Assembly: GCA_963575745.1 (NCBI GenBank)
Contig: CAUYUJ010000160.1
Span: forward strand, 1 to 64,000
Direction: 5' to 3'
DNA from: Prorocentrum cordatum
Lineage: Eukaryota
DNA length: 64,000 nt
Shown here: piece after piece, positions 36,900-49,496 of the stretch
Numbering within the stretch: position 1 is the first letter of the stretch
Layout of the letters: every line of letters begins with the position of its first letter
Translations under genes and position numbers: made by a program
Notes under the pieces: generated by a model
The model's input: the letters and a program-made list of their open reading frames with translations, nothing else
Databases searched by the model: none
What the model was told of the DNA's origin: nothing

Positions 36900-38090
36900 C
36901 GTTTGGGAGGCCTTTTGGGATCGTTTGAGAGGCCGTTCGGAGGCGCCTGGGAGCTTTCTGGGGCCTCCTGGGAGCCTCTTGGCGGCATCTTGGGCCTCTT
37001 GGGGGCCTCTCGGGGCGTCCTGGGGCCCTCTTGGGGCAGAAAGCTAAAGTTTTCGGTTCGTGGTCCCTCTCTTGGGCCCCTCTTGGGGCCGCCGTCTTGG
37101 TGCCTCTTGGGCCGTCTCGGGGCCTTCTTGGGCCGTCTTGGGGCCTTCTTGGAGGCCTCTTGGGCCGTCTTGGGGCGCTCTTGGGGGCCTCTTGGGCCGT
37201 CTCGGAGCGTCGGAAAGGCGAAAAGGCGAGGAAGCCAAAAACCTTCAATATATTGGGGCTCCGTTTTGGAGCGTTTTGGGTTCTCTTTCGGGCCTCTTGG
37301 CGCCTCTTGGGGCCTCTTGGGGGGGCGTCCTGGATGCCTCTTGGAGCGGAAGGCTCGGATTTTCGGTTCGTGGTCTCCATCTTGGGCTCCTCTTGGGGCC
37401 CTCTTGGGCCGTCTTGGGCGCCTTTTGGGCTGTCTTGAAGCTCTCTTGGGCGGTCCTGGGGCTCTCTTGGGGGCCTCTTGGGCCGTCTGGGGGTGGTCTT
37501 GGGGGCTTTTTGGGGGCCTCTTGGGCCGTCTTGGAGTGTCGGAAACGCGAAAAGGCGAGGACGCCAACAACCTTCAGAAACCTAATGGAAATCACTGAGT
37601 TTTGCCTCTTGGGGCTCCGTTTTGCAGCCTTTTGGGGTCTCTTTCGGGCCTCTTAGGCGCCTCTTGGGGCCTCTTGGGGGCCTCTTGGGGCGTCCAGCGG
37701 AAGGCTCGGATTTTCGGTTCGTGTCTTGGGCCCCTCTTGGGGCCCTCTTGGGCGCCTTTTAGGCTGTCTTGGGGCCCTCTTGGGCGGTCTTGGGGCTCTC
37801 TTGGGGGCCTCTTGGGCCGTCTTGGGGTGGTCTTGGGGGCCTCTTGGGCCGTCTTGGAGCGTCGGAAAGGCGAAAAGGCGAGGAGCCAAAAACCCTCAAA
37901 AACCAAAGGAAGATCAGATTTTTGCCTCTTGGGGCTCTCTTGGGAAGGGTCTGGGCTCTCTTGGGACGTCATGGAGGCCTCTTGTGCCGTCTTGACGCCG
38001 TGTTGGGCGTCTTGGGCCGATCGTTCGGTGATTCGGAGCCCTCTTGGACCGTCTTGGGGGCCTCTTTCGGCCCTCTTGGCGCGCTCCCGG
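36900..38090 (+). repeat. TCTTGGGGCC-rich satellite with a period of about 325 bp
   Basis: Marker 'gagcgtcggaaaggcgaaaaggcgagga' at about 37205, 37534 and 37856. Confidence 0.85.
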
Positions 38091-38269
38091 GGGCGTGGAA
38101 GGCCGCACCCAGGAGGGAAACCATCTCTGAGTAATAGTTCCCGGGCTGCGGTCGGGGTACTTTTCGCCGGGGGACCCCCAGGGGCCGCCCCGCGCGCGCG
38201 AACTAGAATTATTGTTAACCAGCTACCGGAGATCTTAGCACGCCTCTGGACCGTTGGGCCGGCGAATTT

Positions 38270-38427
38270 TGACGCTGATGGTGACGACGATGACGATGAC
38301 GATTACGATGACAATGACGATGGCGATGACGATGACGATGAGGACGACGACGATGATGATGCTGCAGATGACGACGACGGTGGTGATGATTGTGGTGGTG
38401 ATGATGTTGTTGATGATGACAGAGTGG

Positions 38428-38469
<42 letters not shown>

Positions 38470-39057
38470 GCATGATGATGATTATGGTGGTGGTTGAGAT
38501 GATGATGGTGGTGGTGATGATGATGATTGTGGTGGTGGTGGCGATGGTGGTGATGACGATCATGGTGGTGGTGATGGTGATGATGATACTGATGGAGGCT
38601 CCCTCCTCCCGCCTCTCTTGCCTTCTCCCCCTTCTTCCTCGTCTCTTCCCCTTTTTCGTCTCTCTCCCTCTTCCCTCCAATTTACATGTTTTGACGCTTC
38701 GAGTATCCCAACCAGTACATCCATACATTGTTTTCTGCCATGAACAGGACTGAGGCGTATTATGTGGATGTGGTAGGAGGGGGAAGAGGGAGTGAGCCCT
38801 GCTGATGAGGGCTAATGATGACGATGCTGATGCTAATGATGATGCTGATGCTGGAGCTGATGATGGTAATGATGATGCTTTCGATGATGATCATGATGCT
38901 GATGCTGATGATGCTGATCATGCTGCTGCTGATGATGCTGATGCAGCTGCTGATGATGCTGATGCTGATGCTGATGCTGAAGCTGTTGAAGATGCTGCTG
39001 ATGATGATGTTGATGCTGATGACGGTGATGCTGTTGATGATGGTGACGATGATTGAT

Positions 39058-39088
<31 letters not shown>

Positions 39089-39411
39089 ATGCTGACGATG
39101 ATTGTGATGCTGATGCTGATGATGATGTTGGTGCTGATGATGATGTTGTTGATGATGATGCCGGTGCTGGTGACGATGTTGCTGATGATGATAATTCTGA
39201 TGCTAATGCTGCTGATGCTGATGATGCTGATGCTGACGATGCTGATGATGATGACGATGCTGATGATGATGCTTATGCTGATGATGCTGACTATGCTGAT
39301 GATGATGCTGCTGATCATGATGCTGATGCTGCTGATGACGATGCTGATGCCGATGCTGATGCTGATGATGATGCTGATGCTGATGATGATGCTGATGCTG
39401 ATGCTGATTCA

Positions 39412-39457
<46 letters not shown>

Positions 39458-39631
39458 TTGGTGCTGATGATGATGTTGTTGATGATGATGCCGGTGATGT
39501 TGATGATGATGATGATGTGTTGATGGTGATGATCATGCTGATGCTGCTGCTGACGATGACGCTGATTCTAATGATGATGCTGGTGCTGGAGCTGATGATG
39601 ATAATGACGATGCTGTCGATGATGAGGCTGC

Positions 39632-39663
<32 letters not shown>

Positions 39664-40625
39664 TTCATGCTCATGCTGCTGATCATGTTGCTGCTGATGG
39701 TGCTGATGCTGATGCTGATGATGAGGATGATGCTGATGCTGACGCTGGTGCTGATGCTGCTGATGATGATGCTGATGATGCTGCTGATGCTGCTGATGAC
39801 GATGATGCAGGTGATTGATGCTGCTGCTGATGGTGATGATGACGCTGACGATGATGATGCTGATGATGCTGATGATGATGACGCTGATAATGATGCTGAT
39901 GCTGATGATGCTGATGACGGTGACGGTGATGACGATGATGTTGATGATGATGTTGATGATGGCAATGATGCTGATGCTGATGACGCTGATGCTGATGTCG
40001 CTGATGATGACGATGATGATGTTGATGATGATGCTTATGATGATGCTGATTATGCTGATGACGATGATGACGATGATGAGGATGGTGGTGATGATGCTGA
40101 TGCTGCTGTTGCTGCTGATGATGCTGATGCTCATGAGGCTGATAGTGATGTTGAGGTTGATGTTGACGATGCTATGCTAATGATGCTGCTGATGCTGGTG
40201 CGGATGTTGATGCTGATGCTGATGCTGCTGTTGATGATGATGATGCTGATGCTGATGCTGATGCTAATGATGATGATGATGATGCTGATGATGATGATGA
40301 TGATGATGAGGATGATGATGAGGATGATGATGATGATGATGATGATGCTGCTGATGTTGATGCTGCTGATGATGATGATGATGCTGATGCTGATGATGAT
40401 GCTGCTGATGGTGATGCGGATGCTGATGATGCTGACGATGCTGCTATGCTGATGTTGACGATTTCGATTATGATGCTGCTGCTGCTAATGCTGATGATGA
40501 TGGTGATGCTGATGATGATGAGACTGCTGCTGCAGATGATGATGCTGATGATGGCGATGATGCTGATGATGCTGCTGATGATGATGACGATGATGGTGAT
40601 GCTGCTGATGATGATGCTGATGATG
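38270..40625. repeat. Degenerate (GAT/GCT)n arrays
   Basis: gat/gct triplets with a short unique interruption at about 38590-38800. Confidence 0.95.
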
Positions 40626-42829
40626 ATGATGATTATGATGATTATGCTGCTGTTCCTGACGAGGACGATAAGGATGAGGGATGAGGGAAGAGGGATAGAG
40701 GATGACGGATGACAGTGATGGGTGAGGGGTGAGGGGTGAGAAGGAGGAGTAGGAGGAGGAGGAGGAAGAAGAGGAGGAGGATTACATGACGTTCAACATA
40801 TAAGACGACACGCCTCTACATGTAGAGACTGACGCAATGTGTGGTAGTGTTGTGGTTTCGGCCCACGCGAAGTAATCCTTTCCTCTCTCATGCGCTGGGA
40901 ATGTTGCTTCCCAGGTTCTGCGCCTCTCCCGATGATGTCCCGATCGCTCCTGTTGGGTCGTGGCTGGAGGCGCACTGCCTCGCCAGAGTTGGTGTTTCTC
41001 ATCCTCCCTCCCTCCCTCCCTTCCCCTTTCCCTCCCTGTCGCCCTCCCTCCTCCCCTTCCTCCCCCTCCTCCTTCTCCTCCTCCTCCTCCTCCTCGAGAG
41101 CGGGGGATTGTGGCGGCCCTCGCCTCTTGGATGTTGTTTTCGCATGGCTTCCTAAGGTAATCGCATCCTTCCTCCTCGTCCTCCTCCTCTTTCTCCCTGT
41201 CCTCTTTCTCCTCTTTTTCTCTCCTCTTCCTCCCCCTCCTCCTCACCCTCGCACAACTCCTCGTCGTCCTCCTCCCCCTCTCAGAAGAAACACCTGTTTT
41301 TTTGTTTTGCTCCCCCGCCCCCAAAGCAAATACATCAAAAACTGGCGTCGTCCCACCATGTGTTTTTTTCTTGGGGCGGGGGGGTGGGTGGGAGGTGGGT
41401 GGGAGACAGATCCTTTGTGGTGCTCTCCAATGAAATCACTTGGTGCGAATTTCCAATATAATCCCTTTGGGGTGTTTTCCAATGGATTCCGTCTGAGATG
41501 CGTTCCAATAGAATTCCCTGTGCGGCGTTTTCCACAGGATTCCTGTTGTGAGGATTTCCATCCGAATCCCCTGTTCCCAAAGGAATTCCATTGTGCCCAC
41601 CCGAAGAAAACTGGCGTCGTCCCATAACTTTTTTTGGGGAGACAAATCCTTCATGGTGCTTTTCGATGGAATTCCTTTGTGCGGATTTCCAGTCGAATCT
41701 CTTTAGGATGCTTTCCAATGGATTTCTGTTGACAGGCGTTCCATTCTAATTCCCTTTGTGGCGCTTTCCAAAGGATTCCCGCTGTGACGGTTTCCAGTAT
41801 ACTGCCGTTGTGGTGCTTTCCGCTTGATTATTGTTGTGAGGCTTTCCAATATACTCTTTTTGTAGTGCTCCCTAATGGGTTCCGGTTGCAAGGCTTTTCA
41901 ATCTAATCGTTTTGTGGCGTTTTTCCCTACCTAGGCTCTGCCTAGAAGGGTTCTTACTCTCTTAGCTTAAAGGGGCCGGGCAGTGCTAAGCGCCCCGGGC
42001 GGTTCCCCCAGTCGCCTGGGAGCGGTTCCCCCCAGTCCCCTGGGAACTTTAGCTTTAGCTTTAGTTTTAGCTTTAGCTTAGCTTTAGCTTAGCTTTAGCT
42101 TAGCTGTAGCTTAGCTTTAGCTCAGCGTTTTGCTTAGCTTTTCGCTTAGCGTTTAGCTTAGCTTTAGCTCAGCTTGAGCTTAGCTGTAGCTTAGCTTTAG
42201 CTTAGCTTTAGCTTAGCTTTAGCTTAGCTTTAGCTTAGCGTTAGCTTAGCTTTAGCTCAGCTGCTGCTCAGCTTTAGCTTAGCTTTAGCTTAGCTTTAGC
42301 TCAGCTGTAGCTTAGCTGTAGCTTAGCTTTAGCTTAACTTTAGCTTAGCTGTGGCTTAGCTTTAGCTTAGCTTTAGCTTAGCTTTAGCTTAGCTTTAGCT
42401 TAGCTTTAGGTTAGCTTTAGCTAAGCTTTCCTAGGGGGTCCAACTCCTAGGTAGGGTCGCACTGGGATATTTTTTTGTCAACGCATTACTTTCGTGATGT
42501 TTCCCCGTGGGATTTGTATGTGGTGTTCTCCAACGGATTCCTGCTGTGATGTTTTGCACCACAAGCATTTTTTATGGCGCGTTTCAAATAATTTTCATCG
42601 AGGGTTTGTCGTATAATCCCGTTGTGGCGCTTTACGTGTTGTCCTTGTTGCGAGGTTTTCCCATCGAATGTTTGTGTGGTGTTTTCCACATTCGTCCTGT
42701 CGTGAGGCTTTCCAATAGAATCCGTTTGCGGCGCTATCCAACATATTCTTGATGTGAGGCTTCACACTTGAATCCCTCTGTGATGCTTTCTGGTGGATTC
42801 TCTTTTGTTCGGCTTTCACACAGGAGCCC
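40625..42829 (+). repeat. Long dispersed repeat copy A, interrupted by the HINE-like element and 3'-truncated
   Basis: Colinear with 45150-46718 from 'gattatgatgattatgctgctgttcctg' to 'ggctttcacacaggagccc'. Confidence 0.9.
41925..42469 (+). mobile_element. Non-autonomous Helentron/HINE-like element, copy 2, inserted in a T-run
   Basis: ttttt|ccctacctaggctctgcctagaaggg...(ttagc/tttagc)n...cctaggtagggtcgcactgggata|ttttttt. Empty site 'gtggcgttttttcaacgcattac' at about 46425-46447. Confidence 0.85.
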
Positions 42830-42837
42830 TCATATAG

Positions 42838-44110
42838 GATGAGTGGCTATCCCGTCATGCGCCTGGAGGTCCCCGTGCTCAGAAAGGATCTAGGAATTTA
42901 CGCTTGAATATTGAACGAAACGGGATGCAAGTTTTATCGACTGGGCTGTGCCTCTGTCGCTACTGCGGAGACTACTGGCCCTGGCGCAGCTTTAAGAAGC
43001 ATCTCCAGTACTGCGAACACAAGTCGCCAGGAAAGCGAGCCCTCAAGCATACTACGAAACATAAGCAAGCCCAACGAGAGCTACGTGATACACATCGATT
43101 CCCTGAGCCAACTTTGGGTCCTGATGGTCACTACGTACTCCCTGATGCTCTTCTTCCAGAGGATCCACGACGAAAGAAGCGACGACTTTGAGGTAAGCAA
43201 CTCCGTCCTCCCTCTGATCCTTCTCCACCAGCTACAATAGCAGCGGCGGCGGCTACTGATGCGAGCCCCCATCTGGCCGCAGGCTCAGCATCGGCAGCTG
43301 CCGCACTTGCCACCGCGGTCCCGCAGCCTGCGGCACCAGCTGCGCCTCCACCTCCAGCTTCGCACCCCGTACCCTGGCCCGCTCGACGTCGTGCTGACTG
43401 TATCGCGTCCAGGGCCAAGGGCGCCTCGGGAATCAATGTCCCGACGGGCGGGTGGGGCACGCAGGCTGGACGCGAGCTCCTGAATACTTTGATGCTTGAG
43501 CACCCGATCGACGAAGTTCGCTTGGCGCAGCGATGTCATTGCAAAACATGCAGTCGTTGCTTCCGTTGTCGCGAGTGCGGTTACTTTACGGGGGGCTCCT
43601 GGCTCAACGTAGGTTGCGGCACATGCGCGGGGTGTTCAACAGGCAGCACAGCGTGGACGTTTTCGATGGCCTGGTCGGGGATTCCAGAATGGTTCCAGAA
43701 GATTGTGACCAGCTCTCAGATGTCAGCCCTCCCCGCACCCGAAGAACCCCCCAACTGTTGCAGCGCGCATATGTCCGTTTTGCAGGTAAGCATTCGAGAA
43801 CAACGATAAGTGCAAGCTCAAGCACTATATCCATCGCAAGTCATGTCGGCAAATGCCATGCGACACGTGGTGAACAATAACGATATTGGTTATACGTATT
43901 CTACTCCGGCATTATGCATGCGCACGCTGTGGCACGTGCTATGCTTACTCACACGGTAAAGCGCGACATGAACGAGGATGTAAAGCTCACCGAGAACATT
44001 TTAAACTGCCTGTAAATACCAAACAGTGGCATCGTATGTTATCGGAAGCCCGCGGCCTGCCCCCGACGTTCCTGCCCTTCATCTACCACGACCCCTTGCC
44101 TGCGGAGTAA
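42838..44110 (+). pseudogene. Disrupted multi-zinc-finger gene (three C2HC-like motifs, a Cys-rich domain, basic NLS-like RRKKRR)
   Basis: One frame runs 42838-43809 with a single TGA at 43189 (CRYC..FKKHLQYC; CHCKTCSRCFRCREC..CGTCAGC). A second frame runs 43766-44110 with stops (CPFC..HYIHRKSC; CARC..KARHERGC). Confidence 0.55.
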
Positions 44111-44250
44111 CGATGGACATTCTTACTCAAATAAGAAAAAATGGCACAGCACGCACATGCACCTATACTTGTTTACCCGTATGCTTTAGGTTCGAGTACC
44201 TTGGTTTTTGTTCGCAGTATCTCAGTCGTGGAGGCCGGCCACCTCTCGCA

Positions 44251-45042
44251 ATGTCAGCCCAAGAAGCCTTGGCAAAATGCATGGAGGAGGCCAGACAGCG
44301 CGCGCGACAAGTTCGTGGAGGCGGCGAGGGACAGCCCGTGGCCAAGGACGGCGACAAGGAAAAGCAAGGCAATAATCGTCAGGTGCGTGCCCGCGCTACC
44401 GACGAGCAGCAGTTGCCCGACTCCGAGCTGGTCACTCCGTTCCTCAGGGACTACCTGGCTTTCAAGGCCGCCGCGCGCCCCGCGCTGGCCGCCGAGGAAG
44501 TGGCCGCCCTGTTCAAGTCCAACGCAGCGGCCGAAGAGTTTGGAGTGATGATCGAGACGTATCTGGGCCAGAGGCCCGAGGTGACTCCAGATGCGGTTTC
44601 GGCTCGGAACTTCCCCGAACATCCGCTCGACATGTCAAAGGGTACTTTCGCGTTCATCTCATTCCTCGAGTGCGCGATCCCGACCCCGGCGGATATCGTG
44701 GCCATGTTTCCCGACGACCAGATTGGCAAGTCCACCCTGAAGGCAGCGGAGGAAATGAAGCAAACCGAAGTGCCCCAGCTCGAGCTCTGGGTCGGAGAAC
44801 TCCGCAGCCGCTACGACGAGCCGCGCGAGGACTTCACATGGATGTGGAAGCTCGCCTTCGCCGGCTTCGCCCCCGAATCGTTTCGCCTCCTCTTCGCCAA
44901 TCTGTTGATGTGGAAAGACCCTGCCAAGGCGGCGGCGATCGAGATCGCCCGCCAGTTCCAGGCCGCCGACGAGAAGACCCCCCGGTCCGCTCTGGAGGCC
45001 AAGCCGAGGCCCAGAGGAGAGAGGGGGGGCAAGAAGAAGTGA
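44251..45042 (+). CDS. Hypothetical protein, 263 aa, no recognised family
   Basis: ATG at 44251 (MSAQEALAKC...), uninterrupted, GC3-rich codons, normal amino-acid complexity, basic C-terminal tail ending GGKKK. Confidence 0.7.
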   Translation: MSAQEALAKCMEEARQRARQVRGGGEGQPVAKDGDKEKQGNNRQVRARATDEQQLPDSELVTPFLRDYLAFKAAARPALAAEEVAALFKSNAAAEEFGVMIETYLGQRPEVTPDAVSARNFPEHPLDMSKGTFAFISFLECAIPTPADIVAMFPDDQIGKSTLKAAEEMKQTEVPQLELWVGELRSRYDEPREDFTWMWKLAFAGFAPESFRLLFANLLMWKDPAKAAAIEIARQFQAADEKTPRSALEAKPRPRGERGGKKK

Positions 45043-45149
45043 CTTCGCCGTCGTCGGTGCTCGGCCTGCTGGCGGAGGCCCGACTGTGGCCAGTGAACAG
45101 GCCGATGGTGATGATGACGATGATGGTGATGCCGCTGATGATGATGCCG

Positions 45150-47640
45150 ATGACGATGATTATGATGATTATGCTGCTGTTCCTGGCGATGGCGATATGG
45201 ATGAGGGGCGAGGGGAAAGGGGTAGAGGATGACGGGCGACAGGGATGGCTGAGGGGAGAGGGGTGAGGAGGAGGGGGAGTAGGGGGAGGAGGAAGAGGAG
45301 GAACATTACATGACGTCCAACATGTAAGACGACGCGCTTCTACATGTAGAGACTGACGCAATGTGTGGTAGTGTTGTGGTTTCGGCCCACGCGAAGTAAT
45401 CCTTTCCTTTCTCATGCGCTGGGAATGTTGCTTCTCAGGTTCTGCGCCTCTCCCGATGATGCCCCGATCGCTCCTGTTGGGTCGTGGCTGGGGGCGCCCT
45501 GCCTCGCCAGGGTGTTTCTCATCCTCCCTCCCTCCCTTCCCCCTTCCCCCCCTGTCGCCCTCCCCCCCCCCCCTTCCTCCCCCTCCTCCTCCTCCTCCTT
45601 CTCCTCTTCCTCGAGAGCGGGGGGTTGTGGCGGCCCTTGCCTCTCGGATCTTGTCTTCGCACGGTTTCCTAAGGTCATCGTATCCTTCCCCGTCGTCCTC
45701 CTCCTCTTCCTCCCTGTCCTCTTTCTCCTCCTCCTGTTTCCTCTTCCTCCTCCTCTTCACCTTCGCACATTTCCTCGTCGTCCTTCCCCTCCCAGAAGAA
45801 ACACTGGATGTTTTGTTTTGCCCCCCCGCCCCGAAAGCAAATGCATAAAAAACTGGCGTCGCCCCACCATGTGTTCTTTTCTTGGGGCGGGGGAGGGGGA
45901 GGTGGGTGAGGGGCAAATCCTTTGTGGTGCTTTTCAATGAAATCACTTGGTGCGGATTTCTGATATAATCCTTTTTGGGGTGTTTTCTAATGGATTTTGG
46001 TTGAGATGCGTTCCAATAGAATTCCCTGTGCGGCGCTTTCCACCGGATTCTTGTTGTGAGGATTTCCATTCGAATTCCCTTGTCCCGAAGGAATTCCATT
46101 GTGCCCACCCCAAAAAAACCGGCGTCGCTCCGCAATTTTTTGGGGGGGCACAAATCCTTTTTATGGTGTTTGTCGATGAAATTCGTTTGTGCGGATTTCC
46201 AGTATAATTTCTTTGGGATGTTTTCCAATGGGTTTCTGTTGACAGGTGTTCCAATCTAATTCCCCTTGTGGCGCTTTCCAAAAAGATTCCCGCTGTGACG
46301 GTTTCCAGTATACTGCCGGTGTGGTGCTTTCCGCTTGATTACTGTTGTGAGGCTTTCCATTATACTCTTTTCGTAGTGCTCCCCAATGGGTTCCGATTGC
46401 AAGGCTTTCCAATCTGATCGCTGTGTGGCGTTTTTTCAACGCATTACTTTTGTGATGCTTCCCCGTGGGATCTGTATGTGGTGTTCTCCAAAGGATTCCT
46501 GCTGTGATGTTTTGCACCAAAAGTTTTTTTGCGGCGCGCCCCAAATCATTTTCATTGAGGGTTTCTCCTCGGATCCCGTTGTGGCGCTTTACATGTTGTC
46601 CTTGTTGCGAGGTTTTCCAATCGAATCTTTGTGTGGTGCTTTCCACATTACTCCTGTCGTGAGGCACTTGAATCCCTCTGGGTGCATTCTCTTTTGTGCG
46701 GCTTTCACATAGGAGCCCGCACTGGTGCTTTCAAAAAGGTTTTCTGGTGTGAGGTTTTCCCATGGAATCCCCACGTGGTGTTTTCCAAAGCCACTGTGAC
46801 GGTTTCCAATAGACTGCTGTTGTGGCGCTTTCCAAAGGATTCCTGTTTTCAGGTTCCAGCAAAATCTCTTGCGTGTGCTTCCCAGTGGATTCCGACTGCG
46901 AGGCTTTCCAGCCGAATCTCCTAGTTGTGTTTTCCAACGAATTTTTTTTGGGGGGGGGTGTTGCTTCCGAATAGAATTTTTTTGTGGTGCTTACCGAAGG
47001 ATTCCGGTTGTGATGTTTTCCACCAAAAGCATGTTTGCGGCGCGTTCCAAAGGGTTTTCATTGAGGATTTATCGTAGGATCTTGTTGTGGCGCTTTCCAA
47101 AAGATCTTCGTTGCGATGTTTTTCAGTCGAATCTCCGTGTGGCGTTTTCCACTGGAGTTTTGTCGTTAGGCTTTCCAATCGAATCCGTTTGCGGCGCTAT
47201 CCAAACGATTCATGTTGTGAGGTTTCCTGATTGAATGCGTTTGCGGTATTTTCCGATGGACTCGTTTTTTTCGTATGGCTTCCCAATCGGAGCCGTCACC
47301 TGCGTTATCTAAACCGTTTCCTGGTGTGAAATTTTCCGGGATAGTCCCAGTGTGGTATTTTCCGATGGGCTCCTAGTGCGGTTTCCCAATCGGAGCCCCT
47401 TATTGGAGTTTTCCAATTCAATCGACTCCCTGTGTGGGGCTTTCCAAATGATCACCTTTGTGGTACTTTCCAAAAAACAGCGGATGCCTCTTGTGATATG
47501 TTCCAGTAAAAGTCCTTCGTGTTGCTTTCCACTTGATTTCTATTGTGAGGGTTTTCGATACAATCCATGCGTGCTGTCTTCAATGGTTCCTGTAGCCAGG
47601 CGCTCCGATCGAATCGTTTTTGCCGCGCTGTTTCAGAAAT
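45150..47640 (+). repeat. Long dispersed repeat copy B, ending in a degenerate short-unit satellite (tgtggtgctttccaatggattcc-like)
   Basis: Homologous to 40625-42829 up to about 46718, then more of the same units. Confidence 0.85.
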
Positions 47641-47719
47641 GTGTATTGCGAGGCCGTCCGGTAGACGCCAATTCAAAATTATATACCTTCTTAGGCCATC
47701 GCGGAGACCATTGTTACAG

Positions 47720-49454
47720 AAGTTGAAGGTGGCGAGCGTCAACACGGAGGGGATGCACGGGGCCCATTACGACAACCGTGACACGGTCATGGTTCTCATT
47801 TTACGGCGGAGAACTCACACAATACATATTGCGGCTCTCTCCGAGTTACACAACATTACTTTCATGGAGTATAATTTTTGTCAACGTAGTGAGAGCAGAT
47901 GAGATCACCTTTGTTATGACGGATATTTGTGATACATCATTGGATACATCGTAGCAGTGTGCTTGGCGAGCGGCTTCGTCTTTGTGCAGATAGGGCGGCG
48001 CGCTCGCACTTCTCTGGGAAGACCGCTGCATGGCTATAGGTTTCCTCGTTGGTGACCAGCGTTGGTCGTGGATTCCCTCTCTCTCTCTATCTCTCTCTCT
48101 CTGTATATGCCAGCGATTTGTTCATCGTCGTATCGTGTCGCAGTATGTTCAGGCCCTAATGATCTTCGCCATCGTTGTCAACCGTTGCGCCCAGGCTCGG
48201 AGTTGACCAGGGGGATTGGAATGAGCGCGTCGGGCGCGATACCATCGGCAATAATATTCCGATCGGTTCCGGAGCAATGAAGCAGAAAACCACCGAGGGC
48301 GGCAAAGCGCTCGTCCGCTGGATCTCCTCCCACTCCAACCTCGTCAACACCGGCGCCTTCTTGAAGATCCTCAATCGCGGCGCGTGGGGGCATGCGGGCG
48401 CGGGCAATTGGCATGCGATGGGCGAATTTGTGCTGGGCCCAGACCTTCATCGAGCCATTCAGGGACTTGAAATAAGCCGCCGGGGTCTCTCCGGTCACGT
48501 GAGCGAGCGCCTGTACTTGGAGCTTTCGACGTCGGGCTCGCGCCGCGTCCGCGCCGCGCGTAAAGCGCGTGGCGAACGTCGACAGCGAGAACTACGAGAG
48601 GACAACAATTCGCCCCTCTTGCCACGCATCGAATGCGCGGCCCATCGCCAGAAGCGGAACGCCTTCGACATTCCTACGGTGCAGAAGTTCCACGGCCAGT
48701 CGCCGAGCACCCCACCTGGCGCCCAACGGTAATTACGAGAACGCCGGAGCATCACGATGGCCGACGCCACGAAGCGTTATCATATCTTCATGGGTGGCTC
48801 AGGTGCAGATGCCAACGCCGGGTGGGGAATGTCAAGTACCGGCGCTTCGAAATTTGAATGGGCAGATCATCGCGGGCGCGTGCTTGCACTTCAGACACCC
48901 GCCTTGCAGCGCGTCTTTCTTGGTGCCGAATTGTTGATCAACGGCGCGGGCGAACGTTGCGCAGTTCTTATGTCGACGTGGTGGATCTTGGGTGATGCCT
49001 CGGATCGAGATTGCGTTGCGCTGCGTTGCGGTTCTAAGCGTGCGATGATGAGTGGGGATATAGGCAACTGGCGCCCGTGTAACAACGAGAAACTCATCGG
49101 TGCTGGCCGAGCTTTTTACCGACGCGCCCGACGCGCGCGAGATTTTGTCTGCGCGGGCAACAAGAGGCATTCAGACGATCCAGATAACGATCGAGACGAC
49201 GCAGCAGCGGGCGAGGGATGCGCAAGGAAACTCGAGCTCTGGGAGGCGATCTGCGGCGCCGCGGCTTCGATTTCGGCTCATCCGCGATTTTCTTCATCGC
49301 CTCCTCCTGTTGTTGTTGGGCCCCCAGTTCCCTCGGCGGTGCGCCGCCGTGATGAGGCGTGGCTCGCTTCGCGAGATGCGCCTCGACATCGTGGGGCTGG
49401 GGGATGTCCTGTGGTCCATGGGTCGCCTGGATTCTCGGCGGCGTTCCACTTTGA

Positions 49455-49496
<42 letters not shown>

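Noticed and set aside
40625..46718. Direct repeats as LTRs of a retrotransposon
   Set aside because: No TG...CA ends, PBS, PPT or gag/pol, and copy B extends beyond copy A.
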